A DNA stretch of 64,000 nucleotides, taken from the NCBI GenBank assembly GCA_028534125.1, contig CM052816.1, positions 94,986,001 through 95,050,000 of the forward strand, in the 5' to 3' direction. Both the position numbers and the translations under genes were made by a program. The DNA comes from Lama glama (lineage: Eukaryota). The notes under the pieces are model-generated. The model saw nothing but the letters and a program-made list of their open reading frames with translations. It ran no database searches and was not told the DNA's origin. Every line of letters starts with the position of its first letter. Position 1 is the first letter of the stretch. Positions 1 to 11,942 of the stretch are shown here, one piece after another.

Positions 1-455
1 CAGAAGTGGAATTGCTGGATCGTATGATAATTATCTTTTTAATTTTTAAGGAACCTCCATACCATTTTCCATGTGGCTGTACCAGTTTACATTCCCACCA
101 GCAGTGCACAGGGCCCCTTTTCCTCCACATCCTCCCCAACACTTGTCTTTCTGTTACTAACCATTCTAACAGGTGGGAGGGAATGTCTCATTATGGTTTT
201 AATTTGCATTTTCCTGATGATTAGTGAAGTTGAGCATCTTTTCCTGCATCCATTGGCCATTTGGGTGTCTTCTTTGGAAAAATGTCTGTTCAGATCATTT
301 TTAATCTGATTGTATGGAGTTTTTTTTTTTTAGTTGTTGTGTGAGTTCTTTATATATTTTAGATAACAACTCCTTATCAGATACATAATTTGCAAGTATT
401 TTCCTCCATTCTGTAGGTTACCTATTCATTTCATTGATGGTTTATTTTACTGCAG
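1..455 (-). mobile_element. L1 fragment (end of ORF2), runs off the window start
   Basis: Typical antisense L1 motifs: ggaattgctggatc, tttacattcccaccagcagtgc, ttaatttgcatttccctgatgattagtg; similar to 54860-55190. Confidence 0.9.
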
Positions 456-474
456 AGAATCACACTTTTAAATA

Positions 475-532
475 TAAACTGTTGCCAAGAATGTAGTTCC
501 CTGTAAACTGTTACCAAGGATGTAGTTCCCTG
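475..532. repeat. 29-bp tandem duplication (2 copies, 2 mismatches)
   Basis: taaactgttgccaagaatgtagttccctg (475-503) and taaactgttaccaaggatgtagttccctg (504-532). Confidence 0.95.
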
Positions 533-1648
533 TGGGGCATTTCAAAAATAAAACTGACACATCCTTCTTTTAAATATACCTAAAAAATCTGAATACCATA
601 ATGTTTAATGTCTACCATCATCCTTTTAAATGACATGAAAGTGAGTTCTTCATTAATGTTAAAAATGACATACAATTTCTGTTGCTTCTCGAACATATGG
701 CCATCCCACATTTCCCACGAATTTCACCCTGACCGAGGTGTTCTTTGCTTAAACGTCTCTTACTGAACATTCTTTCTGCAAACAAAATATATACAAATTA
801 AAGTTTATTGTTAAAATATTCCTTATATTAGGCTTTAAGTTAAAATTGTCTTACACATTGTTATTACTGTAGTTATTCCTAGGTACAATTGATCAAAACG
901 TCTGTATCATACATCTTGATTAAAATTTTTAAATATAAAAAGTAAAATTATATTTGAAATGAATCCCTTAGGTGATGGGCCCTTTTATCCCAATCAACTC
1001 AAATATTCAAAAAAGAGTATTACTTACAGTTTGAATGAATAGGATTCAGTATCATTCTATTGTCATCTTTTTGTGTGTTTATAGATTTAAATACCAAGAA
1101 ACATCACTTACATAGATAAGGTGAAAGGAATAAAAAATCTTTCTTCATAGCAATGCCACCTGATTATTTCAACTTCTTACATGTTTTATTTCAAATTCTC
1201 ACTGGGATCCACCATCAGAAGTTATTTTTAGTTATCTGTCGGTGATGATCTGAGCAGGTTCTCCTTCAATGTTGGAGAAGGTAAAGAAGGGGAAACTTCT
1301 TTGGGAATATAAACTGCTGCCAAGGATGCAGAAAGAATGTTCAATAAGAGGCTTTTAAGCACAGAATACATCAGTCAGGGTGCAGTTCTTGGGGAATGTG
1401 GAATGGCCACATGTTCAAGAAGCAACAGTAATTATATTTCTAACATTAATGAAGAACTTACATATTATTGAAAAGGATGATGGTGGCTATTAAAACGCTA
1501 TGGTGTTCAGATTTCTTAGGTATATTTGAAAGAGGGATTTGTCAGTTTTATTTTTGAATAAAATATTATTTTTGCCTCTTTGGGGAAAAAAAAAAAGATG
1601 AACTGCCCATCATTAGAGTTGTTTCCTTTTCAACGCAGACACTAACCC

Positions 1649-2061
1649 TGTGCAAGACCCTTGGTTTGGTCTCAGAGAACGCCTGCCACTTGGGAGCAGG
1701 GAGGAAGTGGACTGGGTTCTGTACAGCGAGACGGGGAAGCTGCGAATATGCACACAACAGGTCTCCAGGCAGATCAGGTTTATTGTAAGAGGGCATGGGA
1801 AAGCTGAGACTCTGGAAATGGATTCCTTGAAAACCCCAAGCTCAGCATTCCCTCGGCGAATGTTCATGAAGTCCCAGGGCACACAGGGCCCGGTTTGGAG
1901 GCCACTGCCCCCAGAACTCCCGGGATGACCTTCCCGTTGCTCCCACGTGGCCAGGGGTTGACGTTCGTTGAATGTGCGTCTCTGATGCATTAGCTGGGTT
2001 TGCACAAGCTGTTTCCGCACGTACCATTTTTGAGCTGCAGTGCCCGGGGGAGCTTTACCAC
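1649..2061 (-). mobile_element. Probable old ERVL-type solo LTR
   Basis: GC-richer block in AT-rich surroundings, minus-strand AATAAA (tttatt near 1779) and an LTR-like start (rc cgtggtaaag); no TSD seen. Confidence 0.35.
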
Positions 2062-2424
2062 GTAAAGAAAAGCAGCCAACTGTGTGGTAAGAAACACCAG
2101 GCAAGATTTAAGGATAACATTTGAAGCTAATTAAGACTACAGTGCGAATTTTATGCTAGATCATAATTTCTTATCTATGTGGAAAGTATCATTATGGAGA
2201 CAATGAGCAGAGTATTTCAAACTTCCTAGGGACTAATTAAACATAAGGAAGTCCTGCTTTCAGAGTGGAAGCGCCACAATTCAGCTCTCATACCATAAAC
2301 ATCTAATGTGATTGTTTAATACAGTTGCCAAGATCTTGTACGAAGAAATAGCTGGATATTTCAAGAGGTTAGCATAATTTTCTCCTTGTCTGTTGACTTT
2401 GAAAATGTGGAATTAATTACCTCC

Positions 2425-3385
2425 TCATTCATTCATTCTTTTTTTTTTTAATTGAAGTCTACCCAGTTACAATGTGTCAGTTTCTGGTGTACAGCATACA
2501 TTTATTCTTTCTTTCATGAATTTGATGAGTATTGAGTGTCCAGTGGGTGCTAATCCCAGCAGAGCATGAAGTGTCTGCGTCTTGGAGCATATGATATAAT
2601 GATGGAAACAGTTTCAACAGGAAGCAAACAATAGTCACTTTCTGATTTGGGTGTGAATAGAATCACTTAATGGATGAGAGTGTAACAACGTGGGGAGGAT
2701 GTTGGGCGGGTGGTCAGAAAAGGCTTCTCCGAGGGGTTGACACCCAGTGGAATCCTGAATGGTGGACGAGAGCCAGGTGCTAAGCCTTCTGGAGAAAGAG
2801 CTTTCTGGGCAAAGGGAGCAGCAAAGCAAAAACCCTGCAGCAGGAGGCAGCTTGGCGCGTGCCTGAAACGGTGAGGTCAGTGTTTTGCTGCTGGTTAATG
2901 AGGCAGACACGGTCGGGGATGGTGATGGTGAGTGAGGGAAGACTTTAAGCCTAGACGAGGAGTCTGAAGATGCGGGCTGGGCAGAGCGTGATGGGATACA
3001 CAGTTCTTGAAGTCCCCTCTGGCTGCTAGTTGGAGATGAGACTGCAGGAAAGCAAGAAGGTCAGTGAGTGAGTGATTTCAGGAGTCTGGGAAGGAGATCC
3101 CGCTGTGCTGGCCCAGAGCTGTAGCAGAAGGGGTGGGAAAGGTATTTCTGAAGGACTTGCTGATGGATGGAGTGCAAAATGTTACAAATGGTAAAAGGAC
3201 AGAGGACACAGGCTGATAGAATCAGGAGTTCGGTTTTGGATTGAAAGTTTGAAATGTCTGTTACATACAAAAGAGGAGATGCGCAACAGAAAATGGGAGA
3301 AATGGATTTGATGCTCAGGACTAATGTATGAATTGGTGCATCATCAGTGGGAGGAAAAAAAAGATATTTAAAGTCATGGTCCAAT
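2425..3385 (-). mobile_element. L2 LINE 3' region, decayed
   Basis: (cattc)n-type tail at 2425-2440 and L2-type motifs such as agaaaaggcttctccgaggg, ttctgggcaaagggagcagcaaagcaaaaaccctg, aggagttcggttttgga. Confidence 0.75.
2442..2498 (-). mobile_element. Very short L1 3' tail inserted in the L2 tail
   Basis: Poly-T followed by aattgaagtc...ttacaatgtgtcagtttctggtgtacagca; flanked by cattcattcttt (2430-2441) and catttattcttt (2499-2510), a probable TSD. Confidence 0.8.
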
Positions 3386-5029
3386 TATTTTAACTCTCTA
3401 AATACAGAGACAGCGACAGGAAGCCTAATCTTAAAATCAGATGCCTAGCCACAGGTAGACAAGCATGTCTTGGCTCATTAACCAAAGATAGGTTTCTTAC
3501 ATAATTTTATTCTTTTTTTTTTCCTTTGAATAAAGCAAACAAGAAAGACATCATGTTGTTTCTTTCATGAGTGCTACTAAAAAGTGTAAGACCACAGGTG
3601 TTCCAGTAATTTTAGAATTATCTGTAGGGCTTACCGTGGAGCACTTTTAAGTTTGTTTTCTTGGTTTAAGGAAAGTGAGCAACAGCTTATTCACACACTA
3701 CGTCATTCCTGCTGATCCCGCCCAGGAGACAGTATGGCGTTGGGGTGGGGAGAGGGTCAGTGAGGTGAGGTCGATGAGCAGTCTGGGTTTCCATCCTCCG
3801 GTCCAGACTCTCTTGTTGGCTATTTGTTTTCCTTTCAGTTCCTGAAGGCTCATTATGCTGCATAGTCACATTTTACTACTGAAAGTCTCATCTGTCAGGT
3901 AACTTGTGTGTGTGTGTAGTCATCCCTCATTATAGTGCTTCTGGGAACTGATGGATCCTGACGAACAGAACAGCATCCCTTAGTCACTCTGTCTTGTTCA
4001 GTTTTCCATGTGGCAGAAATTGTTTTTAAGGGTCTATATGTGAGATGCCAAGTTGTTTATCTGTGGGGTATAGTATAATGAAAATGTATGGAAACGCTCC
4101 TTTGCTGGTGCATTTATAAACACAGCAGGGGTAGCTACCTTCCCTTGACACCGCTCAGACAAATGCTCTGGTAGTGAACCTGTCTCCCATTTTTCAGCAG
4201 TGTACAGGTCTTGGCAGGAGACTTTGTCAAACGTTTAGAAGTGAGGATAGCCTGCAGTGAGGGAGACGCTTCCAGGAGATATAAATCTAATTGATAGAGA
4301 ACCCTTAGAGACACCTTGTATAAGCTTGCCTTATTTTGCAGGAAAAAAATATTTTATTTCCTCCTTCTTTTGCAGTCCTAAGTAAGGCTCAACAAAATTA
4401 CTAGTCTGTTGGTAGATAGATATAGACAGATAGACAGACAGATAGGGATGTAGATATAGATATTGGAAGCAGAGACTTGCTGTAATATTTTTTCTTATAA
4501 ATTGAATACTTTTTTCCGTTCATTTGAATTTTAGTTGGCTATGGCTGAATGATTTTCTTAACCTTATGTGTCACTGGATCTTTCTGTGCCACCAGAGTTT
4601 TCATAAGCAATGTGATTTTTGTCCCAGGCCATTTTTAGAGATTGATGTGACTCACGGGAAATGGAAAATCACGGTAGTTCTGCTTTCAAATTCCCAGCAG
4701 AGCGTGTGTATTTGTTTGCTCATAACTGAGAGCCGGCTGTGTAGCACCGAGGAGCCACACAACCCACCCCATGAAACCATCAGTATTCTTCCTGTCGGCT
4801 TCCAGTGTCCTCTGGTCTCCTAGCTGCTCCATCAGTGAGGCTGTTTTCTGGTTTTGCTGGCATCCTGGGAAGGCTGCCCCAAACTTAGGGACATGAGTGG
4901 GAGGATGTGGGTGAAGGCATATGATCTTCTATAACGCAGGTTAAAGGATGGTCATGGTTATGTAGATACACATATGTCACAGCAACACAGCACAAGGTGG
5001 GGATTCCACGCACAGCAATTAAGTGGAAA

Positions 5030-5180
5030 AGGCTCAACGTGGAATCACCTTTGGAAATACTCACAACAGCACATGTCCTGACTTGACCCCAGGCCTCGTA
5101 AGTCTGAGTCTCTGGCCTGGAGCCTGAGCATCTCTATGTCTCCAAAGCTTCATGGGAAATTTTGATACTGATCAAGGTGG
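5030..5180. mobile_element. MER5A-like hAT-Charlie non-autonomous DNA transposon
   Basis: Motif order gaatcacct...ccccaggcct...tgagtctctgg...gagcctgagcatct...tgat resembles MER5A. Confidence 0.55.
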
Positions 5181-6274
5181 AGCATCAAATACATTGTACT
5201 GTGCTAGCTCTCACTAGGCCAGCGTTTCCTCCTATGAACGCATCCTGCCCTTCTCACTCTCACTCGGCTACTTCTTACAGAACTCTGAATTATTATTTAC
5301 AGAAAGTATTAGCACCTTCAGAAGACTCAAGGGCCATGAAGATTGCGCAAAGAACCCACAAATTTAAGATACATAAGCAACTTGGAGGAGAAACGTCATT
5401 ATTTGGAAATAAGTCGTCTGAACTCTTTCAGGTTCTATAACACTAAACCTGGGAATAAAACTACGTTTTTCCCAGGTTCATTGAAATATATTTATTCTAC
5501 ATCTGATCTGTCAATATTTCTTTAGCAATGAAGTTAACTCAGTCAGTGAACATTCACTGAGTAATTGCCATTTTCAAGGCATCGTGCTAGGGACTGCGAT
5601 TCCACGATGTCCTTTATTTAGGTTCTCAAAAGAAGATTCACTAATAGTATTGAGACGGGGGAGATTTATTCTCAGAAAGGAAACTTGTTGCTGAAACATC
5701 GAATTTTGATTCCAGCATGTACCTAGCAAAGGCCCAATGATGGAAGACAGCCCTGCCCCAGCTCTGTGGCCTGAGGTCCCAGCTTAGGACTCAATCCACA
5801 AGAGCTGGTGTATCTAAGAGCCCGTGTGGGCTGTGACCATGGCAGCCGACTCTTTCTGCAGCCAGGAAACCAGCTCAAAGCCAACTTGCTACTGCAGGTC
5901 GACCTCCTCTGGCTTCAGCATCCACAGACATCCCACCACTAGCCGACCGTGTCTGGCCAGGTGGCTGTGACATTCCCACCATGGTCCCCGTCACACATCA
6001 CCATTCACAATGCTCTCACGTGTAGGCCAACAGCAGCTCAATCTCTCTAACCTCTGCTCCCCCTTAAATGTGTTTTCTTCCTCTAAAGCGAAAGGCCACT
6101 TAGTACAATACCACCAAGCCCAGCGAACCTCTGGAACAACCCAGCACCGGCGACCAGGAGCCGTGCATGTGCCGGACGGAGGAGCAACACCCAGCTCCTG
6201 GCTTCGCATCAGACTGCTGAGGGGAACACTTTTGCTACTAACTTAGTCTTAGTGGGCAGGGGCGGGGGGCGGGG

Positions 6275-6680
6275 GTGCAGGTTACTTGTTACAATAGGGT
6301 CGCAGGAGAAAAGACAGAGTTTATTCACATGCATGCGGGATACTCAGCATCTGAGTGATTCACCGAACAGCCAAGGGTAGTGGTTTGTGTACCAGCTTAA
6401 CAGTGGGAAGGAGCGGGGCACGGGGCTTCCAGGGGGACAGCTGGAGGGCAGAGCAGCTTCTGTGAAGTCTGGTTACGCAGTTGCTCCTCACAGTGCTGAC
6501 GGCCCGTCTCCTTGCCTGGAAGCTCCCGGGCTGGAGGATTTGTGGCGTCTTCCTTCTCAGAAAGCCCTGACTTTAGTCAGATAAGAGGAGCTCAGAAAAG
6601 GCTTTTTCTGGCGTCTGCTGTATCTCAGACATCTCCGGTTTAAAATGCTCTTCATGCCTTTCCGCTGGGTCCTTTTAAGA
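6275..6680 (-). mobile_element. ERV1-type LTR (MER34/MER39-like)
   Basis: rc ggcatgaagagcattttaaaccggagatgtctgag resembles the MER34-group 5' motif GGCATAAGGATTATTTTGAGCTGAAGGC; minus-strand AATAAA near 6320. Confidence 0.6.
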
Positions 6681-7479
6681 TCCCGAGAGTATTTGTCTAG
6701 AAAGCCTCACTCTGTGGCTGGAGTTCCGAGGTCCTTGACCCTCTTTTCGCAGACTTTTCGCTTTGTTCATTCCTTAATCAAGCCTAGGATGTGAAAGAAG
6801 TGATTTAGGTCTTGCCGGACCTCAAGCAAGCACTCACGTGGCAGGTGGAAAATCTGACCGTTCCCGTTTGTTAAAGCTTCAGCCGGCGAAGGGCTGTCGG
6901 GAAGCCACGCGTTGTTCTCGGAAGCCACGTCGAAGCTCTCAGTCTGCTGTTTGCCATCAGAGAGTACGTGAAAAGCACTGAACGGAAACAAGCGGGCAAT
7001 TCTATAGGAGGGAATACAACTACTCTTTGGATGCATGTAAACACAGAGCTTATCTGAAACCTCTTAGCGCGGGGCAAGCAGCTCCTCGTGAGGACGTTGT
7101 TATAATACGGAAAAGTAAGTGGTCCTCCTGCAAAGACCCTGAGTCGTTGTGAAGACCCTGAAACGTGTCCACCGTGTCGCAAGCCTTCAGATTTTACCAA
7201 CTTCACCCGCAGCAGCGCCAGGCCAGGGCAAGTGCTCTTTTCAAGGGGAAGAGGGAGGAAGGTGTGCTGCCTGGGGTTGGGGGCGAGGACTGGGAAGAGC
7301 GGTGAGGCTGGGGGCTGAGAGGTGAAGCACGTGGGCTGGAACCACGAGGCGCGGTTTGCCGGGAACCCCTGATGAACGTAGTGGGATGTGTCTCTCGTGC
7401 CCCCTCCCTTGGCATCTCTGATGTTCCTTTTGGTATCTTTTCCCCTTGCTGGCCTTTCGCCTCTGGCTCAGTGGTGGGT

Positions 7480-7650
7480 GCTGTGCACTTGGGCAGGTTA
7501 CTTACCTTCTCTGTGCCTTTGATGCTTCATGTTCGACAGAATAGTGTTGACCTCATACAACAGCCCTGAAATGTAAATGAAACCTACAGAGTACTCAGAG
7601 CCACGCTTGGAGCTCGGCGGGCCCTGAATTAATGTTCGCTGATGATCATC
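7480..7650 (+). mobile_element. MIR SINE, decayed and GC-shifted
   Basis: ttgggcaggttacttaccttctctgtgcct core and a 3' end ...aattaatgttcgctgatgatcatc. Confidence 0.6.
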
Positions 7651-8383
7651 AGTCTTATGCCTCATGGCAATAGCAGGAGCGCTAGTTCTAGCTAGTAGTA
7701 ACTGTCCTGTTCTGCTCTGGCGCGGGTCTCCCTTGGTTCCGTGGAGGCTCCCAGGCAAAGGTTTTTATCCAGTGTCTCTGTTCTGTGAGAGATTAAAAAC
7801 TCTCAGTATATTTAAGGTGATCTCAGGCCTGTTGAGATGAGGCCTTTCCTCCAAACCCCATGTTTCGTTTTATTACCGGCACAAGTCTTCTTTATGCAGA
7901 TGCTTAAAATTGTTTTTCCCAATAAGAAACGTACTCCTTTCACTAAGACTCTATTTGGCCATCATGTCTCTATTCTTCTGCGAAGCCCTCTGGTAACTAA
8001 GGGAACAGTCAGGGAAAGTGTTGGCAATAAAGAACTATCTGCAAACGGCACAAGTAGCTGGAATCCCAAGCACCCGTAACTATGTCGCCCTGCACATGTG
8101 TGGAGTTTGATAAAGAAAAAGAGCCTGCTTTGTTATTCCCTAAGTTCGAGAGGAAAAAGCTGCCAAGAATGCCATGCTTTAATTACCAAAACAAGCTTGC
8201 CTCAGATTCAGACACGCGAAGACGGAGTGGCAAATCCAATATACTTGTGACTTGGCACAAGTACCCTCTCCAAGGGGTTCCGTCCGAGCCTCTCTTTGAT
8301 GTGCCACTGTCTCTGAATTGTCTACGTCGTGTACCAAAAGGGGCCATTGCGTGGTGTCTCCAATGAAGCCAGAAAAATCTCAG

Positions 8384-8517
8384 CAAGTGTCTACAAATTC
8401 TAAACTCCCAATTTAACTTATATATGTAACATAGATAAACAACAAGGTCCTACTGTGGAGCACAGGGAACTATATTTAATACCTTGTAATAACCTATAAT
8501 GAAAAATAATATGAAAG

Positions 8518-8559
<42 letters not shown>

Positions 8560-8642
8560 AAACTGAATCACTGTGCTATAACCCAGAAACTAACACAACA
8601 TTGTAAATTGACTATACTTCAATAAAAAGTTAAAAAAAAAAA
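8384..8642 (+). mobile_element. 5'-truncated artiodactyl L1 3' tail with (TA)n and a short 5' inversion
   Basis: atagataaacaacaaggtcctactgt...gcacagggaactat...actatacttcaataaaa plus poly-A; flanked by aaaaatctcag (8373-8383) and aaaaaactcag (8637-8647). Confidence 0.9.
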
Positions 8643-9341
8643 CTCAGGTAAAAAGTACATTTTTAGGCAAATCCTTTGAGATGAGGATTCTCAGGAAGGA
8701 TCTGAGTGCGTTATCCAGGGTGGCTGAATTCCTTCTTTGGTACGGAGTATGCTGCGCTTTGTACCAAAGAGCTCAGCCTCTTCCTACAGACACTGAAATT
8801 CGTCTATTTCACTCCTGGCACCATTTAAGGCTTCTTTTTTTTCCCCTCTGAAACTTCTCTAATAAGCTTGCCTCCACTTACAAAAACATCAAAGCCTGGA
8901 AAGAAATTATTAGAAAAGAAAAAAAAGGAAAGCACCTTTACTTTAAGCTTCAAATGAGACCAAATCGATTAGTCATCTGAGATTAAGCTGGCCTGGCAGC
9001 CAGCTTACAGCAAACCATGCTGAGCATCCTTTTCCTAGTCTAATTTCTCTTTGAAACTTCCAGAAAACTGCCTACATTCAGTCATATCGTTAAAAGAGGC
9101 TGATTAAATCTGAAACTAAACTAGCTGTTGCCCTACTTGGGGCTGGTTTATCCTAAATAAGAAGAAATAAATCAACTCATGGTGGGGAAAGAAAGCGTTA
9201 CGAGCACAGACCAAAAATACCACCTTCTTAATGAAAACGGACAAACCTCAACTGTCACCCAGCAGTTCTTTACAGTATATCTAGTAAGGAGAAGAACACA
9301 AGGCTTGTTACTTCAAATGCTCTTTCTCACTTGAGTTTCTC

Positions 9342-9745
9342 TTGAGAAAAAAATGGTCCTCAGTGGCGTCAGTGCTGGCTCCCCCAAATCTCACAGTCAG
9401 GCACAACCTGCTGCTAAAACAAAGCTGAGTTCATTGCTCATCGTGGGAAGGGACAGCACCGCTCAGCGCAACCTTGTCAGTGCCTCGGGGTGGGGAGGAG
9501 GTGTCAGATGTAGTTGAAGCTCTTGATGAGGTGGTCTTTTGATGCTGAGACTTGCCGCAGCTCGGGATTGGTACAAACAGGAATTCAGGGCTTGCTTCAC
9601 AGGCACAGACTGTTGATGCTTTCCATGGAAGACCTCATGGGTGTTTCCCAGAATTTCCTTGTTGAACAGCCAAGGTGCTGTTAGGAGAACAGTGAGATAA
9701 TTAAGTGACATTCATGAGACAGTCAGCCACACATGAATTCTCCCT
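9342..9745 (-). mobile_element. Probable old ERVL-type LTR
   Basis: aaacaaagctgagttcattgctc...aagggacagcacc motif typical of reversed LTR R/U5 regions; family uncertain. Confidence 0.4.
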
Positions 9746-11011
9746 GTCCACGCTATGTGTGCGCAGGAAGGGATGGCGAGGAGTTGAGAGTCGGGGGCAG
9801 AGGGTTCTCTGTGGCCCAAAAGGGTACCTGCATCTCTTTCGTTGTGGACCGTTAGCCAGATGACATGGAGATGAAATAGAAGTTCAGGTAACACAAAGCT
9901 ATCAATGATCCAAAATTCATTTTTATTTAACTTTAACAGCCTTTGGGCTCCAGTGTCCTCATCTCTCCCGCCACACTCAATTACTCCCTCCCAAGTAGGC
10001 ATGAAAAGTGTGATGGGGGTCTCTGCTCTCAGGGAGTGGAACCGCTTCAGCTCGAAACCAAACCCTGGCTCAAGAAAGCACACTTCACACAGATATCCAG
10101 GTACAGTGCACACTTTATGTACTGCGGGAGTTCACAGAAAATAAACGTAATGGGGCGACAAGATTTATTAAATGCACAGCTTTAAGTCGGGAAGAAACAA
10201 TGAGCAAAAATTGAGTGTTTTTTAAGTAAAATTTATTAAGAAGTTTATTGTCAGTTGCTTTGGGACACAGGTCTGATCATGACACTTCTGTTTGCCTTCT
10301 AAAAAAATCCAAGGCCAAGAAAATCTCACACTGTCAATAAATATTTGTTGAATGAACCAACAATCGGTATTCATGCTTTAAATTCATAGAGAACAGACAT
10401 TACCGAATCTGTAGCTAAAAACACCTTTAATTCTATAAAAGCAGAGGGCAATGTCTCAGTTCTCATAAAACGTCTTTCACAATTCCGATCTCCTAGTGTC
10501 AGAACATCTTCATATATCCTACAGACTTGTAAGTGTCAAAGGCCTGCATTTTTCTGTTTCTCATGTTCTTTCCACTAGAGGTGGACATGCAAGAGAAATT
10601 CCAAACGCAGGAGACTGAACCAGTGGCTCACTGGGTGGTTGAAGCTCCCGTCCGTCAGGGCCACGGTTCTTGTCAGTTCGGCTCCACTCCCCACCGTGAT
10701 GAGTGAAGTTAACCAGGGAGTACGCGTCCACTGCTCACACGCTCGTTGTCCTGGCGGAATTGCAGTGTAGCTGATGGCTTTTGTCCCGTCCAGAATTCCC
10801 TCCCATTTCCGTTCGCTCCTGTATCTCTCTGCACATTCTGCTCTTCAGGGATGTCCCCCCCCCCGGCGCTCATAGCCATTGGGCAGATGTTGTTAGAGTT
10901 GGCAGCATTTTTAAAATGAAGAGCCTCCTTGAGACCTTTGGGAGGAAAGGCCACCAGCCAGTGTGGGCAGTCTGCTCAAGAATGCACACCTGCTCATGCT
11001 GGTGGGGTGGG

Positions 11012-11562
11012 TGGTGCAGAAATGAGCAAAGACCAACCCAATGGAAAAAGCAGAGGCTGTCTGTTCTGAGCTCCCTCTATCCGGGGAGTCAACCACCATC
11101 ACTTGTGTTTAGCAGAGACTCACAGGCACGCAAGGGAGAGGGAGAGCTTCATAGTGGAGAAAAGGGGAGGCTTCCAGTGGGCCCTGATGGGAGGCTGTGG
11201 GCCTGGGGAAATTGGAGGAGGGCTAAGAGAAGTGGGGCATCCTGTATGATTGGTTAGGGGTTCATTAACCAATTGGCTTTCTCTGGTTAGTTTTAAGTTG
11301 GTCCTTAAATTAGGGAAGCTGCCAGTTATTCATCAAGTACTAGCTATTTGGGGACAGTTGTTACAGAAGTTATTATTTAGCTTCCTGGATTGTCACTGGA
11401 GACAATGTGACTTTCCTGTAAGTCTGACTTAGAGCAGGCTGGCTTCCTGGGTTTACTGTAGATAAGGGGCTGGTGTCCTGGGAAGGTGGCTGCAGGTTGT
11501 GGATCAAGGTTCCATTTTTATACATGGCCTGGCCACTGTCTATTTGTATATTTGGTCTCTCA
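11012..11562 (-). mobile_element. Complete solo LTR, ERVL class (MER74-like)
   Basis: TG...CA termini with a perfect 5-bp TSD GTGGG (11007-11011 and 11563-11567); rc start tgagagaccaaatatacaaatagacagtggccagg. Confidence 0.85.
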
Positions 11563-11625
11563 GTGGGGACATATGTAAAAGTTACAAGGTAACAGGGCTC
11601 TGATTTTTAAAATTACTTTACTTTA

Positions 11626-11714
11626 TTTTTTTAAAACACTTTTTATTGAGTTGTAGGCATTTTACAATGTTGTGTCAAATTCCAGTGTAGAGCACAATTT
11701 TTTAGTTATATATG

Positions 11715-11762
<48 letters not shown>

Positions 11763-11942
11763 TTGTCACATTTTTTTTCTCTGTGAGCTACCACAAGATC
11801 TTGTATATATTTCCCTGTGCTACACAGTCTACTCTTGTTTATCTATTCTACATTTTGAAATCCCAGTCTGTCCCTTCCCACCCCCTGCCCCCTTGGCAAC
11901 CACAAGTTTGTATTCTATGTCTATGAGTCTATTTCTGTTTTG
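11626..11942 (-). mobile_element. Young camelid-type L1 3' tail with (TA)n
   Basis: ttttacaatgttgtgtcaaattccagtgtagagcac...gagctaccacaagatcttg; TSD-like taaaattactttacttta (11608-11625) and taaaaataccttacttta (11943-11960). Confidence 0.85.

Noticed and set aside
475..532. 29-bp direct repeats resembling a CRISPR unit
   Set aside because: Adjacent copies with no spacer, mammalian context and no cas genes.
8984..9007. Perfect 9-bp hairpin taagctggc-N6-gccagctta
   Set aside because: A few such stems are expected by chance in 64 kb; too short for a pre-miRNA.
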